From contig CAMOGG010000001.1 in the NCBI GenBank assembly GCA_946614095.1, forward strand, positions 5,968-69,967: a stretch of 64,000 nt of DNA. The letters run 5' to 3'. Below, one piece after another: positions 62,351 through 64,000 of the stretch. The translations under genes were made by a program, and so were the position numbers. The stretch's first letter is position 1. Every line of letters begins with the position of its first letter. This stretch comes from an uncultured Bacillales bacterium (GTDB lineage Bacteria > Bacillota_I > Bacilli_A > RF39 > UBA660). The notes under the pieces were generated by a model that worked only from the letters and a program-made list of their open reading frames with translations, was not told where the DNA came from and did not search any database.

Positions 62351-62465
62351 TATAAGATAGAAAAAGTATGGAATAATATAAGAGACTGTTACGGGTAAGT
62401 AAGAGTGATAAAGGTGTTTGACAGTCTAAAAAAATATGAAATGGTAGCTTCCAGTGTTTGGCCTT

Positions 62466-62499
62466 TTAAAAAATCCACCCTTAAAAGGGTGGGTTTTTA
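62466..62499. terminator. GC-rich perfect hairpin tccaccctt-aaaa-gggtgga flanked by A and T runs (bidirectional terminator, or IS200/IS605 subterminal hairpin)
   Basis: Direct reading. Confidence 0.5.
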
Positions 62500-62519
62500 T
62501 TAGTATTAATAAAAAACAA

Positions 62520-63165
62520 GTTTTGTGAACCTATATAGAGAGAAGAAAAAAATATTTCCCGGGAAATAATTTGGGAAATATAACTAATAACTAAAAAATA
62601 TATAATAATCAAAAATGATGATGTTTCACGTGAAACTATATAGAAAGAAGAAATAAATATTTCCCGGGAAATAATTTGGGAAATAAAACTAATAAATAAA
62701 GTATACATAATAATCAAAAATGGAGATGTTTCACGTGAAACTATATAGAGAGGAGAAAAAAATATTTCCCGGGAAATAATTTGGGAAATAAAACTAATAA
62801 ATAAAGAATATATAATTATCAAAAATGAAGATGTTTTACGTGAAACTATATAGAAAGAAGAAAAAAATATTTCCCGGGAAATAATTTGGGAAATAAAACT
62901 AATAAATAAAGTATACATAATAATCAAAAATGGAGATGTTTCACGTGAAACTATATAGAGAGGAGAAAAAAATATTTCCCGGGAAATAATTTGGGAAATA
63001 TAACTAATAAATAAAGGATATATAATAATCAAAAATGAAGATGTTTCACGTGAAACTATATAGAGAGGAGAAAAAATATTTCCCGGGAAATAATTTGGAA
63101 AATATAACTAATAAATAAGTGATACATAATAATCAAAAATGAAGATGTTTCATGTGAAACTATAT
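62520..63165. repeat. Tandem array of six ~105-bp units, each with one parS-like palindrome (GTTTCACGTGAAAC) and one perfect Noc-binding-site palindrome (TATTTCCCGGGAAATA)
   Basis: parS-like cores at 62623, 62728, 62833 (GTTTTACGTGAAAC), 62938, 63043 and 63147 (GTTTCATGTGAAAC), plus a degenerate copy at 62520. NBS-like 16-mers at 62553, 62658, 62763, 62868, 62973 and 63077. Periods are 105/105/105/105/104 bp. An extra TTTGGGAAAT half-site follows each NBS. Units are about 90% identical. Confidence 0.9.
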
Positions 63166-63269
63166 ATATGAGGTGAAATATATTCTAATTATTATTCACT
63201 TTTTTTTAGTTATTTATTATAAACTATTATTTTATTTACTTTTATTATTTTTTGTATTAAAATAATTTT

Positions 63270-63346
63270 GTGCAATGAAAGTGATTGAAACAGGTCAGGA
63301 TTGGAAAATAGCAGCCTTAAGATCCTCCTTTCATGTGCACTTTTTA
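63270..63346 (+). ncRNA. ffs: Small signal-recognition-particle RNA (4.5S/scRNA-type, ~77 nt) with intrinsic terminator
   Basis: Contains the conserved domain IV motif CAGGUCAGG-auu-GGAA-aau-AGCAGCC (GNRA tetraloop). 5' GUGCAAUGAAAG pairs with 3' CUUUCAUGUGCAC, followed by a T-run. The ffs-tadA-dnaX neighbourhood is conserved in Bacilli. Confidence 0.7.
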
Positions 63347-63358
63347 TTTGGAGGAAAT

Positions 63359-63805
63359 ATGGAAGATAGATTTATGAAATTAGCGTTTGAATGTGCAAAA
63401 AAGGCATATCAACTTAATGAGGTTCCAATTGGTGCAGTTATTGTTAAAAATGGTGAAGTGATAGCAACAGGTTATAATAAAAAAGAATCCAATTGCTCTG
63501 TTTTAGAACATGCTGAATTGATTGCTATAAGAAAGGCTGAAGAAAAACTTCATAATTGGAGATTGGATGATTGTGATATGTATGTAACGCTTGATCCTTG
63601 TCCTATGTGTGCTAGTGCAATTAAGCAATCAAGATTTTCTCATGTTTATTCTGCTTTAAGTAATTCTGATGAAAATAATTCTAACATTATTCAATCTATT
63701 TTTTTAACTGATCATGTCAATCCATGTATAATTTTTAAAAGCAATCTTTTTCCTGATTATTCTCAAAAATTACTTCGCAATTTTTTTAAAAATAAAAGAA
63801 TTTAA
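63359..63805 (+). CDS. tadA: tRNA-specific adenosine deaminase TadA
   Basis: CDA motifs HAELIAI and PCPMCA. The ATG at 63359 has GGAGGA upstream. The track ORF's 5' extension (from 63275) overlaps the SRP RNA and is rejected. Confidence 0.8.
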   Translation: MEDRFMKLAFECAKKAYQLNEVPIGAVIVKNGEVIATGYNKKESNCSVLEHAELIAIRKAEEKLHNWRLDDCDMYVTLDPCPMCASAIKQSRFSHVYSALSNSDENNSNIIQSIFLTDHVNPCIIFKSNLFPDYSQKLLRNFFKNKRI

Positions 63806-63848
63806 TATTCTTTTTTTTATGCTATAATATTTTATAAGGAGGTTTATT

Positions 63849-64000
63849 ATGTATCAAGCATTATATCGTAAGTATAGACCTGTTGATTTTGATGATGTTG
63901 TTGGTCAAAATGTTATTGTAAAAACTTTAAAAAATTCTATAAAGAATCATACTTTTTCTCATGCATATATGTTTTTTGGACCAAGAGGTACTGGAAAAAC
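63849..64000 (+). CDS. dnaX: DNA polymerase III gamma/tau subunit, N-terminal fragment (runs off the window)
   Basis: MYQALYRKYRPVDFDDVVGQNVIVKTL…FFGPRGTGK (Walker A). AGGAGG RBS upstream. Confidence 0.85.
   Translation, partial: MYQALYRKYRPVDFDDVVGQNVIVKTLKNSIKNHTFSHAYMFFGPRGTGK

Noticed and set aside
62481-63032. 183-aa minus-strand ORF with a repetitive peptide (…ISQIISREIFFS…)
   Set aside because: It is a reading-frame artefact of the 105-bp tandem DNA repeats. The period of 105 is a multiple of 3, so any frame stays open. There is no RBS, and the content is explained by the parS/NBS palindromes.
62520-63165. Considered whether the repeat array is a CRISPR array
   Set aside because: Units are contiguous ~105-bp repeats with no unique spacers. 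Each unit contains two palindromes matching known protein-binding sites. There is no leader or cas context.
63275-63358. N-terminal 28 codons of the track's tadA ORF (MKVIETGQDWKIAALRSS…)
   Set aside because: This segment is the SRP RNA gene. The downstream ATG at 63359 has the RBS and gives a canonical TadA N-terminus.
1-64000. Alternative genetic code (UGA=Trp), given the very low GC and Mollicutes-like gene content
   Set aside because: All long conserved ORFs are intact with TGA read as stop. Cell-wall genes (murA, PBP, mreB) and sporulation genes are present. The standard code fits.

Overview
This 64-kb window is the replication-origin region of a very AT-rich Gram-positive (Firmicutes-type) chromosome that uses the standard genetic code. 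Long ORFs are intact with TGA as a stop codon.

Gene order is Bacillus-like: secA-hpf-cspA ... mreB ... murA-fba ... spoIIR-prmC-prfA-rpoE-argS ... pta ... ung-rlmH-yycJ-dnaB(helicase)-rplI-rpsR-ssb-rpsF-ychF ... parB-parA-noc-like-rsmG-mnmG-mnmE-jag-yidC-rnpA-rpmH | oriC | dnaA-dnaN-(comK-like)-recF-gyrB-gyrA ... ffs-tadA-dnaX. spoIIR, in conserved prfA-prmC-spoIIR synteny, points to an endospore-former lineage.

The most notable features:
- A ~640-bp array of six ~105-bp tandem units lies between gyrA and ffs/tadA. Each unit carries one ParB-type parS palindrome (GTTTCACGTGAAAC) and one perfect Noc-binding-site palindrome (TATTTCCCGGGAAATA). The cognate ParB and an unusual long Noc-like paralogue are encoded about 18 kb away. 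A degraded IS200/IS605 tnpA sits next to the array.
- A complete agr-type quorum-sensing locus (agrB, an unannotated 41-aa agrD, and a convergent AgrC-like kinase plus LytTR regulator), with 21-bp-spaced direct repeats upstream of agrB.
- A ComK-family gene in the dnaN-recF gap.
- A small SRP RNA hidden under a spurious N-terminal extension of the tadA ORF.
- A two-gene block flanked by short repeated motifs, next to a truncated zinc-ribbon/nuclease-like gene and a SEC-C motif remnant.
- Two candidate small RNAs bounded by their own promoter-like and terminator signals.
- Bipartite DnaA-box clusters flanking dnaA.
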